Shown: positions 11,374 to 23,624 of the stretch, one piece after another
Numbering within the stretch: position 1 is the stretch's first letter
How the letters are laid out: each line of letters opens with the position of its first letter
From: Ylistrum balloti
Taxonomy: Eukaryota
Assembly (NCBI RefSeq): GCF_031769215.1
Contig: NW_026782721.1
Coordinates: 434,001-498,000 of the forward strand
Direction: 5' to 3'
DNA: 64,000 nucleotides
The notes under the pieces: generated by a model
Seen by the model: the letters and a program-made list of their open reading frames with translations, nothing else
Told to the model about the DNA's origin: nothing
Database searches by the model: none
Position numbers and translations under genes: made by a program

Positions 11374-13017
11374 ATGGATACTGGGGACCTCCAAACAAGA
11401 AAACAGTGTACAGAACCAGGACATACAGAATTAGTGAGTGCCTGGTGTCAAACTTGTCAGACGTTTGTCTGTATCCAGGGAATAGTATCCCCAAAACATG
11501 CTGGACATGTGTTTGTATCACTGGAGAAGATTGCTGAAGAACACAGAGCAAACACACACCAGAAGAAAAAAGAATTGAGTAAAATCAAAGAAAATCTTGA
11601 AAAGGTTTTATTACAACAGTCGGAAATTGAAACCCAGTTTGACGAGAAAGTCCAGGACATTGATGCTACAATAGAGAGGAGAGCTGAGGCTTTACAATCT
11701 GACATTGAGTCATGGAAGACAAAGGTCAAATCAGCTCTTCAGAAGAAGGTTGTAGAAAACAAGGAGTTAATGAAGGCACGCCAGGAAAAAATTAAAGAGG
11801 ATCAAAATAAACTACAAGAAACTCTGGATCAATGTAATGTTGATCATTTTGAGATGGTGGACAATGTTATTCAGGCTAAACACCAGACATCTGTCTACAA
11901 CCCTGCATCTCTCGTCTTTAGAGAAGGCAACTTAGCAACGCTTGACTTGGACGGCTTACTCGGACATATCTCTGATGAAGACTTCTATGGATCAGACAGC
12001 ATGTCTACTCTAAACCCAGATTCCTTTACTAGTACAAATGATATCAGACATAGACGACCACCAGAATCTGAAGACAGCAGATCACTTACAGAGGATTGGA
12101 CCTCTAAGGTAACCGAACCCACTGAGAGAATATATGACTTCTTGGAATTCGAAGATGTTGAGATTTTAGAGCATGGCGTGTTTCACAACCCTGACCAAAA
12201 AGTTGACAACACCACACAAGGAGCTGCGATCAAGCTAGCTGCTAGCACAGAGGAAGGTGTGTGGGTGACATGTACAGGGAAGAGATGCATCAAACATTTT
12301 AATGACAAAGGTGATTCTACAAAACAAATTATCTCAGACTTTGATATAGCAGACTTCGGCTTCAATAGTAAAAACGAACTTTTCGCAACTGTACACAACG
12401 GTTTTAAGATAAAGAAAAAAGGGTTTTTCAAATGGAAAAGTCTTGTAAGGACTGAACCCTATTTGACCTTCGGAATTAACCTCACTCCTGAGGATGATAT
12501 ATTGGTTTTCCTCCAAGGAATCGATTGTAGAGCAGAGATACACAGGTATTCCCCTGCTGGAGACAATAAACAGAGAATCTATTTTGATCAGGATGTCCAG
12601 GATGGCAAAGAAATTTTCCTCAGACCAAGACAAGTACTTGAGGTCGGCCCTACAAGAGATGTGCTAGTGATAGATAGCAAGAGACTGATAACTCTGGACA
12701 AGGATGGGAAAGTGACGAAAACCTGGAGAGGTGAGCTGGACATGGAAACTGGTAGCGAAGCTGCAATGAATTTGTTCCATCCTGTCAGTATTGCTGTCGC
12801 TTCACATGGGAATTCAATTGTTTTGGATACAGGAAACAAGCGAATCGTTGTGTTTGATAAACATGGACAGATACTCTGGAGTTTCAACGATACGGTCATG
12901 TTGGAGGACATGAACTGCGTAGTATTCGATAATAAGGATAAACTTTGGGTTGCCTGCACAAATGGCGCTCTTCACCATGCAAAGCTACACTTTAACTGTA
13001 ATGGAAAAACAGACTGA
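11374..13017 (+). CDS. TRIM-like B-box2/coiled-coil/NHL protein, copy 3 (547 aa)
   Basis: Intact ORF; differs from copy 4 by one residue (DNKDKL vs DNEDKL). Confidence 0.88.
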   Translation: MDTGDLQTRKQCTEPGHTELVSAWCQTCQTFVCIQGIVSPKHAGHVFVSLEKIAEEHRANTHQKKKELSKIKENLEKVLLQQSEIETQFDEKVQDIDATIERRAEALQSDIESWKTKVKSALQKKVVENKELMKARQEKIKEDQNKLQETLDQCNVDHFEMVDNVIQAKHQTSVYNPASLVFREGNLATLDLDGLLGHISDEDFYGSDSMSTLNPDSFTSTNDIRHRRPPESEDSRSLTEDWTSKVTEPTERIYDFLEFEDVEILEHGVFHNPDQKVDNTTQGAAIKLAASTEEGVWVTCTGKRCIKHFNDKGDSTKQIISDFDIADFGFNSKNELFATVHNGFKIKKKGFFKWKSLVRTEPYLTFGINLTPEDDILVFLQGIDCRAEIHRYSPAGDNKQRIYFDQDVQDGKEIFLRPRQVLEVGPTRDVLVIDSKRLITLDKDGKVTKTWRGELDMETGSEAAMNLFHPVSIAVASHGNSIVLDTGNKRIVVFDKHGQILWSFNDTVMLEDMNCVVFDNKDKLWVACTNGALHHAKLHFNCNGKTD

Positions 13018-13411
13018 GATATTTCTTTATTAAGAATCAAACCATTTTGCCAAATCTGACAGCATTGTAGTGTCTGGTTTTGAGTTTCATCCATTTATTT
13101 ATTTTTGTTTACTTTGTTTAAATTGCTATTTTCTCTACTTTTTATCTAAGTTTTTCACCTTTAAATTAACACCTACCTTTAATGTGACCTGTATACCATA
13201 ACATATACCTGTCTTTAATTGGATCCCAAAGTAGAACAATTTGACTTCATTTAATCTCAGTATATTGAGGCCAATTTTCATTGCTCCCTTGAATGGCCTT
13301 TGGAGACAGGTTTGACTTTATTCTGTTTTTGTGGTTCATAACTTTCATGAATAAAACAGAACACTAAGCAGCATTTTTCATCGTTATCAATAAAAAAACT
13401 TTTCAGGCGAG

Positions 13412-14917
13412 GAATCACCATTACAGATATCTTCTTTCCAGGTTCTATCAACATACCAGTCAGTCACCCCTACAGACATGTCTTACTCAGGTTCTGTCTA
13501 CCTATCAGTCAATCACCCTCACAGACATGTCATACACATATCATATAACCTATCAGTCAATCACCGTCACAGACATGTCCTACTCAGGTTTTATCTACCT
13601 ATCAGGCATTCACCCTCACATATATGTCCTACTCAGGTTCTATCTACATATCAGTCAATCACCCTCACAGACATGTCCTACTCAGGTTCTATCTACATAT
13701 CAGTCAATCACCCTCACAGACATGTCCTACTCAGATTCTATCTACCTATCAGTCAATCACCCTCATAGACATGTCCTACTCAGATTCTATCTACATATCA
13801 GTCAATCACCCTCACAGACATGTCCTACTCAGTTTTTTTATCTACATATCAGTCAATCACCCTCACAGAAATGTCCTACTCAGATTCTATCTACATACAA
13901 GACAATCACCCTCACAGACCACAGACATGTCCTACTCAGGTTCTATCTACCTATCCGTCAATCACCCTCACAGACATGTCCTACTCAGGTTCTGTCCAAC
14001 TATCAGTCAATCATCCTCAAAGACATGTCCTACTCAGATTCTATCTACATACAAGTCAATCACCCTCACAGACATGTCCTACTCAGGTTCTATCTACATA
14101 CCAGTCAATCACCCTCACAGACATGTCCTACTCAGATTCTGTCTAACTATCAGTCAATCACCCTCAAAGACATGTCCTACTCAGATTCTATCTACGTACA
14201 AGTCAATCACCCTCACAGACATGTCCTACTCAGGTTCTATCTACATACCAGTCAATTACCCTCACAGACATGTCATACTCAGATTCTGTCTAACTATCAG
14301 TCAATCACCCTCACAGACATGTCCTACTCAAGTTCTATCTACCTATCAGTCAGTCACCCTCACAGATATGTCTTACTCCGATTCTATCTACATATCAGTC
14401 AATTACCCTCACAGTCATGTCCTACTCAGGTTCTATCTACATACCAATCAATCACCCTCACAGACATGTCCTACTCAGGTTCTATCTACATACCAGTCAA
14501 TCACCCTAACAGACATGTCATACTCAGATTCTATCTACCTATCAGTCAATCACCCTCACAGACATCTCCTACTCAGGTTCTATCTACCTATCAGTCATTC
14601 ACCCTCATAGACATGTCCTACTCAGATTCTATCTACATACAAGTCAATCACCCTCACAGACCACAGACATGTCCTACTCAGGTTCTATCTACCTATCAGT
14701 CAATCACCCTCATAGACATGTCCTACTCAGGTTCTGTCTAACTATCAGTCAATCATCCTCAAAGACATGTCCTACTCAGATTCTATCTACATACAAGTCA
14801 ATCACCCTCACAGACATGTCCTACTCAGGTTCTATCTACATACCAGTCAATCACCCTCACAGACATGTCCTACTCAAGTTCTATCTACCTATCAGTCAAT
14901 TCTCTCATGGATATGTA
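13412..14917. repeat. 49-bp minisatellite, array 3 (about 31 units)
   Basis: Same unit; shares rare variants with array 1. Confidence 0.95.
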
Positions 14918-15724
14918 CCGTCTACCACTTTCTAAAATTATTTTCTGTATCCAACTATAATTTGTTCATAACTACCGTCTGTCTATAATTATCTCCTATT
15001 TATTAATACCACCTATTTATAACTACCATGTGTTTATAAATATCACCTGTCTATAAGTGTCACCCTTTTTATAACTATGACCTCTGTATAACTACCTTCC
15101 ACATATAACTACGACATGCTTATAATTTCTACCTGTCTATAACTACCACCTGTCTATAACTATCACGTCTGTAACTACCATCTGTCTGTAACTACCATCT
15201 GTCTATTACTATATCACCTTTCTATAACTATAACCTATGTAACTAATCCCAACATATAACTACAACATGTGTATAAACTCCTAGCTATAACTACCACCTG
15301 TCTATATCGACCTCCTGTCTCTGATGATTATCTGTCTATAACTACCTTCTGTCTATAACTATCACTTGTCTATAACTACCACCTGTCTATATCGACCTCC
15401 TGTCTCTGACTATTATTTGTTTATATCTACCACCTGTTTATAACTACTACCTGTCTATCACTACTACCTGTCTATTACTGCCTTCTGTCTATAACTATCA
15501 CCTGTCTATAATTACCACCTGTCTGTCTATAACTACCACCTGTCTATAACTACCTTCTGTCTCTAACTATCACCTGTCTATAATTACCACCTGTCTATCA
15601 CTTCCACCTCTCTATATCGACTTCCTGTCTCTGACTATTATCTGTATATATCTATCACCTGTTTATAACTACTACCTATCACTACCACCTGTCTATAACT
15701 ACCTCCTGTTTCTAACTACCACCA
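14918..15724. repeat. Degenerate ~17-bp satellite, spacer 3
   Basis: Copy of 4611-5400. Confidence 0.85.
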
Positions 15725-16465
15725 ATTTTATGACTAATTAACTTTTAAACTGTGTGACTTGTTTCCATTTGTGTGTTAAACAAAGATCCTCAAAAGGCTT
15801 TATTTAAAACTGCGAAAGAGGAAATAAAATTGTGCAGATTAATCGGCAGCAAGATAAACAGATCTACTGCACAATGGCAAAATGGTTTGTGTGGAACAGA
15901 TATAACTCAATAATACTGGTGTGCTATTCAATGTTCTACAGCTATCTATTGTACTGTTGAGATACACATAAAGTACACATGGTCACACTATTGTTCTTAC
16001 CAGGAATTATGTTGCCAATTTTCAATACAGTATTTCAAGTAAGAAGAAATAAATAGTTAATCTGACCAGGACTTAAACGTAGGATATTTCCAAGGAGAGA
16101 AAACACTTACAGGTAAATTGGATATTACATAGGTTCTACACAATGAAGTTTTTGCTTTACGATAAACAAAACATGCAGACATTTATCTTAGAACATTTCA
16201 AAGAAGCTTACATGTATAGTGGGGACTATACATAAGTTTTACACAATTAAGGTTTTTTTTATCTTATTTAAAAATTGTAGAAACTGCTCAGTTTAGTTTT
16301 ATTTTGCATTTAAATGTTTCCATCATTATATCTTATAGTAGTGGTAGCCTCAATTCATATTACCCAGTCTCCTAGACATAGACTTAATTATGTAATAGTG
16401 TCCTGATATCAGCTTCTTTCTTCTCATGTAATGATATCTACTCTTTATAGGCAGAGTTCGACCTG

Positions 16466-18109
16466 ATGGATACTGGGGACCTCCAAACAAGAAAACAGTG
16501 TACAGAACCAGGACATACAGAATTAGTGAGTGCCTGGTGTCAAACTTGTCAGACGTTTGTCTGTATCCAGGGAATAGTATCCCCAAAACATGCTGGACAT
16601 GTGTTTGTATCACTGGAGAAGATTGCTGAAGAACACAGAGCAAACACACACCAGAAGAAAAAAGAATTGAGTAAAATCAAAGAAAATCTTGAAAAGGTTT
16701 TATTACAACAGTCGGAAATTGAAACCCAGTTTGACGAGAAAGTCCAGGACATTGATGCTACAATAGAGAGGAGAGCTGAGGCTTTACAATCTGACATTGA
16801 GTCATGGAAGACAAAGGTCAAATCAGCTCTTCAGAAGAAGGTTGTAGAAAACAAGGAGTTAATGAAGGCACGCCAGGAAAAAATTAAAGAGGATCAAAAT
16901 AAACTACAAGAAACTCTGGATCAATGTAATGTTGATCATTTTGAGATGGTGGACAATGTTATTCAGGCTAAACACCAGACATCTGTCTACAACCCTGCAT
17001 CTCTCGTCTTTAGAGAAGGCAACTTAGCAACGCTTGACTTGGACGGCTTACTCGGACATATCTCTGATGAAGACTTCTATGGATCAGACAGCATGTCTAC
17101 TCTAAACCCAGATTCCTTTACTAGTACAAATGATATCAGACATAGACGACCACCAGAATCTGAAGACAGCAGATCACTTACAGAGGATTGGACCTCTAAG
17201 GTAACCGAACCCACTGAGAGAATATATGACTTCTTGGAATTCGAAGATGTTGAGATTTTAGAGCATGGCGTGTTTCACAACCCTGACCAAAAAGTTGACA
17301 ACACCACACAAGGAGCTGCGATCAAGCTAGCTGCTAGCACAGAGGAAGGTGTGTGGGTGACATGTACAGGGAAGAGATGCATCAAACATTTTAATGACAA
17401 AGGTGATTCTACAAAACAAATTATCTCAGACTTTGATATAGCAGACTTCGGCTTCAATAGTAAAAACGAACTTTTCGCAACTGTACACAACGGTTTTAAG
17501 ATAAAGAAAAAAGGGTTTTTCAAATGGAAAAGTCTTGTAAGGACTGAACCCTATTTGACCTTCGGAATTAACCTCACTCCTGAGGATGATATATTGGTTT
17601 TCCTCCAAGGAATCGATTGTAGAGCAGAGATACACAGGTATTCCCCTGCTGGAGACAATAAACAGAGAATCTATTTTGATCAGGATGTCCAGGATGGCAA
17701 AGAAATTTTCCTCAGACCAAGACAAGTACTTGAGGTCGGCCCTACAAGAGATGTGCTAGTGATAGATAGCAAGAGACTGATAACTCTGGACAAGGATGGG
17801 AAAGTGACGAAAACCTGGAGAGGTGAGCTGGACATGGAAACTGGTAGCGAAGCTGCAATGAATTTGTTCCATCCTGTCAGTATTGCTGTCGCTTCTCATG
17901 GGAATTCAATTGTTTTGGATACAGGAAACAAGCGAATCGTTGTGTTTGATAAACATGGACAGATACTCTGGAGTTTCAACGATACGGTCATGTTGGAGGA
18001 CATGAACTGCGTAGTATTCGATAATGAGGATAAACTTTGGGTTGCCTGCACAAATGGCGCTCTTCACCATGCAAAGCTACACTTTAACTGTAATGGAAAA
18101 ACAGACTGA
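16466..18109 (+). CDS. TRIM-like B-box2/coiled-coil/NHL protein, copy 4 (547 aa)
   Basis: Intact ORF with the same acceptor 15 nt upstream of the ATG. Confidence 0.88.
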   Translation: MDTGDLQTRKQCTEPGHTELVSAWCQTCQTFVCIQGIVSPKHAGHVFVSLEKIAEEHRANTHQKKKELSKIKENLEKVLLQQSEIETQFDEKVQDIDATIERRAEALQSDIESWKTKVKSALQKKVVENKELMKARQEKIKEDQNKLQETLDQCNVDHFEMVDNVIQAKHQTSVYNPASLVFREGNLATLDLDGLLGHISDEDFYGSDSMSTLNPDSFTSTNDIRHRRPPESEDSRSLTEDWTSKVTEPTERIYDFLEFEDVEILEHGVFHNPDQKVDNTTQGAAIKLAASTEEGVWVTCTGKRCIKHFNDKGDSTKQIISDFDIADFGFNSKNELFATVHNGFKIKKKGFFKWKSLVRTEPYLTFGINLTPEDDILVFLQGIDCRAEIHRYSPAGDNKQRIYFDQDVQDGKEIFLRPRQVLEVGPTRDVLVIDSKRLITLDKDGKVTKTWRGELDMETGSEAAMNLFHPVSIAVASHGNSIVLDTGNKRIVVFDKHGQILWSFNDTVMLEDMNCVVFDNEDKLWVACTNGALHHAKLHFNCNGKTD

Positions 18110-18503
18110 GATATTTCTTTATTAAGAATCAAACCATTCTGCCAAATCTGACAGCATTGTAGTGTCTGGTTTTGAGTTTTATCCATCTATTTATTTTTGT
18201 TTACTTTGTTTATATTGCTATTTTCTCTACTTTTTCTCTAAGCTTTTCACCTTTAAATTCACACCTACCTTTAATGTGACCTGTATACCATAACACATAC
18301 CTGTCTTTAATTGGATCCCGAAGTAGAACAATTTGACTTCATTTAATCTCAGTATATTGAGGCCAATTTTCATTGCTCCCTTGAGTGGCCTTTGGAGACA
18401 GGTTTGACTTTATTCTGTTTTTGTGGTTCATAACTTTCATTAATAAAACAGAACACTAAGCAGCATTTTTCATCGTTATCAATAAAAAAACTTTTCAGGC
18501 GAG

Positions 18504-20213
18504 GAATCACCATTACAGATATCTTCTTTCCAGGTTCTATCAACATACCAGTCAATCACCCCTACAGACATGTCTTACTCAGGTTCTGTCTACCTATCAG
18601 TCAATCACCCTCACAGACATGTCATACACATATATAACCTATCAGTCAATCACCGTCACAGACATGTCCTACTCAGGTTTTATCTACCTATCAGGCATTC
18701 ACCCAAACATATATGTCCTACTCAGGTTTTATCTACCTATCAGTCATCCACCCTCACAGACATGTCCTACTCAGATTCTATCTACATATCAGTCAATCAC
18801 CATCACAGACATATCCTACTCATGCTCTATCTACCTATCAGTCAATCACCCTCACAGATATGTCTTACTCCGATTCTATTAACTATCAGTCAATCACCCT
18901 CACAGACATGTCCTACTCAGTTTCTATCTACCTATCAGTCAATCACCCTCATAGACATGTCCTACTCAGATTCTATCTACATATCAGTCAGTCACCCTCA
19001 CAGACATGTCATACTCAGTTTCTATCTACCTATCAGTCAATCACCCTCACAGACATATCCTACTCAGTTTCTATCTACCTATCAGTCAATCACCCTCACA
19101 GATATGTCTTACTCCGATTCTATTTACCTATCAGTCAATCACCCTCACAGACATCTCCTGCTCAGTTTCTATCTACCTATCAGTCATTCACCCTCACAGA
19201 CATGTCCTACTCAGATTCATCTACCTATCAGTCAATCACCCTCACAGACATCTCCTGCTCAGTTTCTATCTACCTATCAGTCATTCACCCTCACAGACAT
19301 GTCCTACTCAGATTCTATCTACATACAAGTCAATCACCCTCACAGACCACAGACATGTCCTACTCAGGTTCTATATACATAACAATCAATCACCCTCACA
19401 GACATGTCATACTCAGGTTCTATCTACCTATCAGTCAGTCACCCTCACAGACATGTCCTACTCAGATTCTATCTACCTATCAGTCAATCACCCTCACAGA
19501 CATCTCCTGCTCAGTTTCTATCTACCTAGCAGTCATTCACCCTCACAGACATGTCCTACCCATATTCTATCTACATACAAGTCAATCACCCTCACAGACC
19601 ACAGACATGTCCTACTCAGGTTCTATCTACATACCAGTCAATCACCCTCACAGACATGTCCTACTCAGATTCTATCTACCTATCAGTCAATCACCCTCAC
19701 AGACATGTCCTGCTCAGTTTCTATCTACCTATCAGTCATTCACCCTCACAGACATGTCCTACTCAGATTCTATCTACATACAAGTCAATCACCCTCACAG
19801 ACCACAGACATGTCCTACTCAGGTTCTATCTACATACCAGTCAATCACCCTCACAGACATGTCCTACTCAGATTCTATCTACATACCAGTCAATCACCCT
19901 CACAGACATGTCCTACTCAGATTCTATCTACCTATCAGTCAATCACCCTCACAGACATGTCCTGCTCAGTTTCTATCTACCTATCAGTCATTCACCCTCA
20001 CAGACATGTCCTACTCAGATTCTATCTACATACAAGTCAATCACCCTCACAGACCACAGACATGTCCTACTCAGGTTCTATCTACATACCAGTCAATCAC
20101 CCTCACAGACATGTCCTACTCAGATTCTATCTACCTATCAGTCAATCACCCTCACAGACATGTCCTACTCAAGTTCTATCTACCTATCAGTCAATTACTC
20201 TCATGGATATGTA
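18504..20213. repeat. 49-bp minisatellite, array 4 (about 35 units)
   Basis: Same unit; shares rare variants with array 2. Confidence 0.95.
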
Positions 20214-21025
20214 CCGTCTACCACTTTCTAAAATTATCGTCTGTATCCAACTATAATTTGTTCATAACTACCGTCTGTCTATAATTATCTCCTATTTATT
20301 AATACCACCTATTTATAACTACCATGTGTTTATAAATATCACCTGTCTATAAGTATCACCCTTTTTATAACTATGACCTTCCACATATAACTACGACATG
20401 CTTATAATTTCTACCTGTCTATAACTACCACCTGTCTATAACTATCACATGTCTGTAACTACCATCTGTCTGTAACTACCATCTGTCTATTACTATATCA
20501 CCTTTCTATAACTATTACCTATGTAACTAATCCCAACATATAACTACAACATGTGTATAAACTCCTAGCTATAACTGCCACCTGTCTATATCGACCTCCT
20601 GTCTCTGATGATTATCTGTCTATAACTACCTTCTGTCTATAACTATCACTTGTCTATAACTACCACCTGTCTATAACTATCACCTGTCTATATCGACCTC
20701 CTGTCTCTGACTATTATTTGTCTATATCTACCACCTGTTTATAACTACTGCCTGTCTATCACTACCACCTGTCTATTACTACCTTCTGTCTATAACTATC
20801 ACCTGTCTATAATTACCACCTGTCTGTCTATAACTACCACCTGTCTATAACCACCTTCTGTCTCTAACTATCACCTGTCTATAATTACCACCTGTCTATC
20901 ACTTCCACCTCTCTATATCGACTTCCTGTCTCTGACTATTATCTGTATATATCTATCACCTGTTTATAACTACTACCTATCACTACCACCTGTCTATAAC
21001 TACCTCCTGTTTCTAACTACCACCA
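20214..21025. repeat. Degenerate ~17-bp satellite, spacer 4
   Basis: Copy of 4611-5400 with small indels. Confidence 0.85.
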
Positions 21026-21759
21026 ATTTTATGACTAATTAACTTTTAAACTGTGTGACTTGTTTCCATTTGTGTGTTAAACAAAGATCCTCAAAAGGCT
21101 TTATTTAAAACTGCGAAAGAGGAAATAAAATTGTGCAGATTAATCGGCAGCAAGATAAACAGATCTACTGCACAATGGCAAAATGGTTTGTGTGGAACAG
21201 ATATAACTCAATAATACTGGTGTGCTATTCAATGTTCTACAGCTATCTATTGTACTGTTGAGATACACATAAAGTACACATGGTCACACTATTGTTCTTA
21301 CCAGGAATTCTGTTGCCAATTTTCAATACAGTATTTCAAGTAAGAAGAAATAAATAGTTAATCTGACCAGGACTTAAACGTAGGATATTTCCAAGGAGAG
21401 AAAACACTTACAGGTAAATTGGATATTACATAGGTTCTACACAATGAAGTTTTTGCTTTACGATAAACAAAACATGCAGGCATTTATCTTAGAACATTTC
21501 AAAGAAGCTTACATGTATAGTGGGGACTATGTTTTACACAATTAAGTTTTTTTTATCTTATTTAAAAATTGTAGAAACTGCTCAGTTTAGTTTTATTTTG
21601 CATTTAAATGTTTCCATCATTATATCTTATAGTAGTGGTAGCCTCAATTCATATTACCCAGTCTCCTAGACATAGACTTAATTATGTAATAGTGTCCTGA
21701 TATCAGCTTCTTTCTTCTCATGTAATGATATCTACTCTTTATAGGCAGAGTTCGACCTG

Positions 21760-23380
21760 ATGGATACTGGGGACCTCCAAACAAGAAAACAGTGTACAGA
21801 ACCAGGACATACAGAATTAGTGAGTGCCTGGTGTCAAACTTGTCAGACGTTTGTCTGTATCCAGGGAATAGTATCCCCAAAACATGCTGGACATGTGTTT
21901 GTATCACTGGAGAAGATTGCTGAAGAACACAGAGCAAACACACACCAGAAGAAAAAAGAATTGAGTAAAATCAAAGAAAATCTTGAAAAGGTTTTATTAC
22001 AACAGTCGGAAATTGAAACCCAGTTTGACGAGAAAGTCCAGGACATTGATGCTACAATAGAGAGGAGAGCTGAGGCTTTACAATCTGATATTGAGTCATG
22101 GAAGACAAAGGTCAAATCAGCTCTTCAGAAGAAGGTTGTAGAAAACAAGGAGTTAATGAAGGCACGCCAAGAAAAAATTAAAGAAGATCAAAATAAACTA
22201 CAAGAAACTCTGGATCAATGTAATGTTGATCATTTTGAGATGGTGGACAATGTTATTCAGGCTAAACACCAGACATCTGTCTACAACCCTGCATCTCTCG
22301 TCTTTAGAGAAGGCAACTTAGCAACGCTTGACTTGGACGGCTTACTCGGACATATCTCTGATGAAGACTTCTATGGATCAGACAGCATGTCTACTCTAAA
22401 CCCAGATTCCTTTACTAGTACAAATGATATCAGCCGTAGACGACCACCAGAATCTGAAGACAGCAGATCACTTACAGAGGATTGGACCTCTAAGGTAACC
22501 AAACCCACTGAGAGATTGTATGACTACTTGAAACTTGAAGATGTTGAGATTTTAGAGCATGGCGTGTTTCACAACCCTGACCAAAAAGTTGACAACACCA
22601 CACAAGGAGCTGCGATCAAGCTAGCTGCTAGCACAGAGGAAGGTGTGTGGGTGACATGTACAGGGAAGAGATGCATCAAACATTTTAATGACAAAGGTGA
22701 TTCTACAAAACAAATTATCTCAGACTTTGATATAGCAGACTTCGGCTTCAATAGTAAAAACGAACTTTTCGCAACTGTACACAACGGTTTTAAGATAAAG
22801 AAAAAAGGGTTTTTCAAATGGAAAAGTCTTGTAAGGACTGCACCCTATTTGACCTTCGGAATTAACCTCACTCCTGAGGATGATATATTGGTTTTCCTCC
22901 AAGGAATCGATTGTAGAGCAGAGATACACAGGTATTCCCCTGCTGGAGACAATAAACAGAGAATCTACTTCGATCAGGATGTCCAGGATGGCAAAGAAAT
23001 TTTCCTCAGACCAAGACAAGTACTTGAGGTCGGCCCTACAAGAGATGTGCTAGTGATAGATAGCAAGAGACTGATAACTCTGGACAAGGATGGGAAAGTG
23101 ACGAAAACCTGGAGAGGTGAGCTGGACATGGAAACTGGTAGCGAAGCTGCAATGAATTTGTTCCATCCTGTCAGTATTGCTGTCGCTTCACATGGGAAAC
23201 AAGCGAATCGTTGTGTTTGATAAACATGGACAGATACTCTGGAGTTTCAACGATACGGTCATGTTGGAGGACATGAACTGCGTAGTATTCGATAATGAGG
23301 ATAAACTTTGGGTTGCCTGCACAAATGGCGCTCTTCACCATGCAAAGCTACACTTTAACTGTAATGGAAAAACAGACTGA
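21760..23380 (+). pseudogene. TRIM-like copy 5, frameshifted by a 23-bp deletion (truncated at 486 aa)
   Basis: Intact gggaa[ttcaattgtcttggatacaggaa]acaagc reads gggaaacaagc at about 23198; the remaining C-terminus continues in another frame to 23380 (1621 = 1644 - 23). Confidence 0.85.
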
Positions 23381-23624
23381 GATATTTCTTTATTAAGAAT
23401 CAAACCATTCTGCCAAATCTGACAGCATTGTAGTGTCTGGTTTTGAGTTTTATCCATTTATTTATTTTTGTTTACTTTGTTTATATTGCTATTTTCTCTA
23501 CTTTTTATCTAAGCTTTTCACCTTTAAATTCACACCTACCTTTAATGTGACCTGTATAACATAACACATACCTGTCTTTAATTGGATCCCAAAGTAGAAC
23601 AATTTGACTTCATTTAATCTCAGT

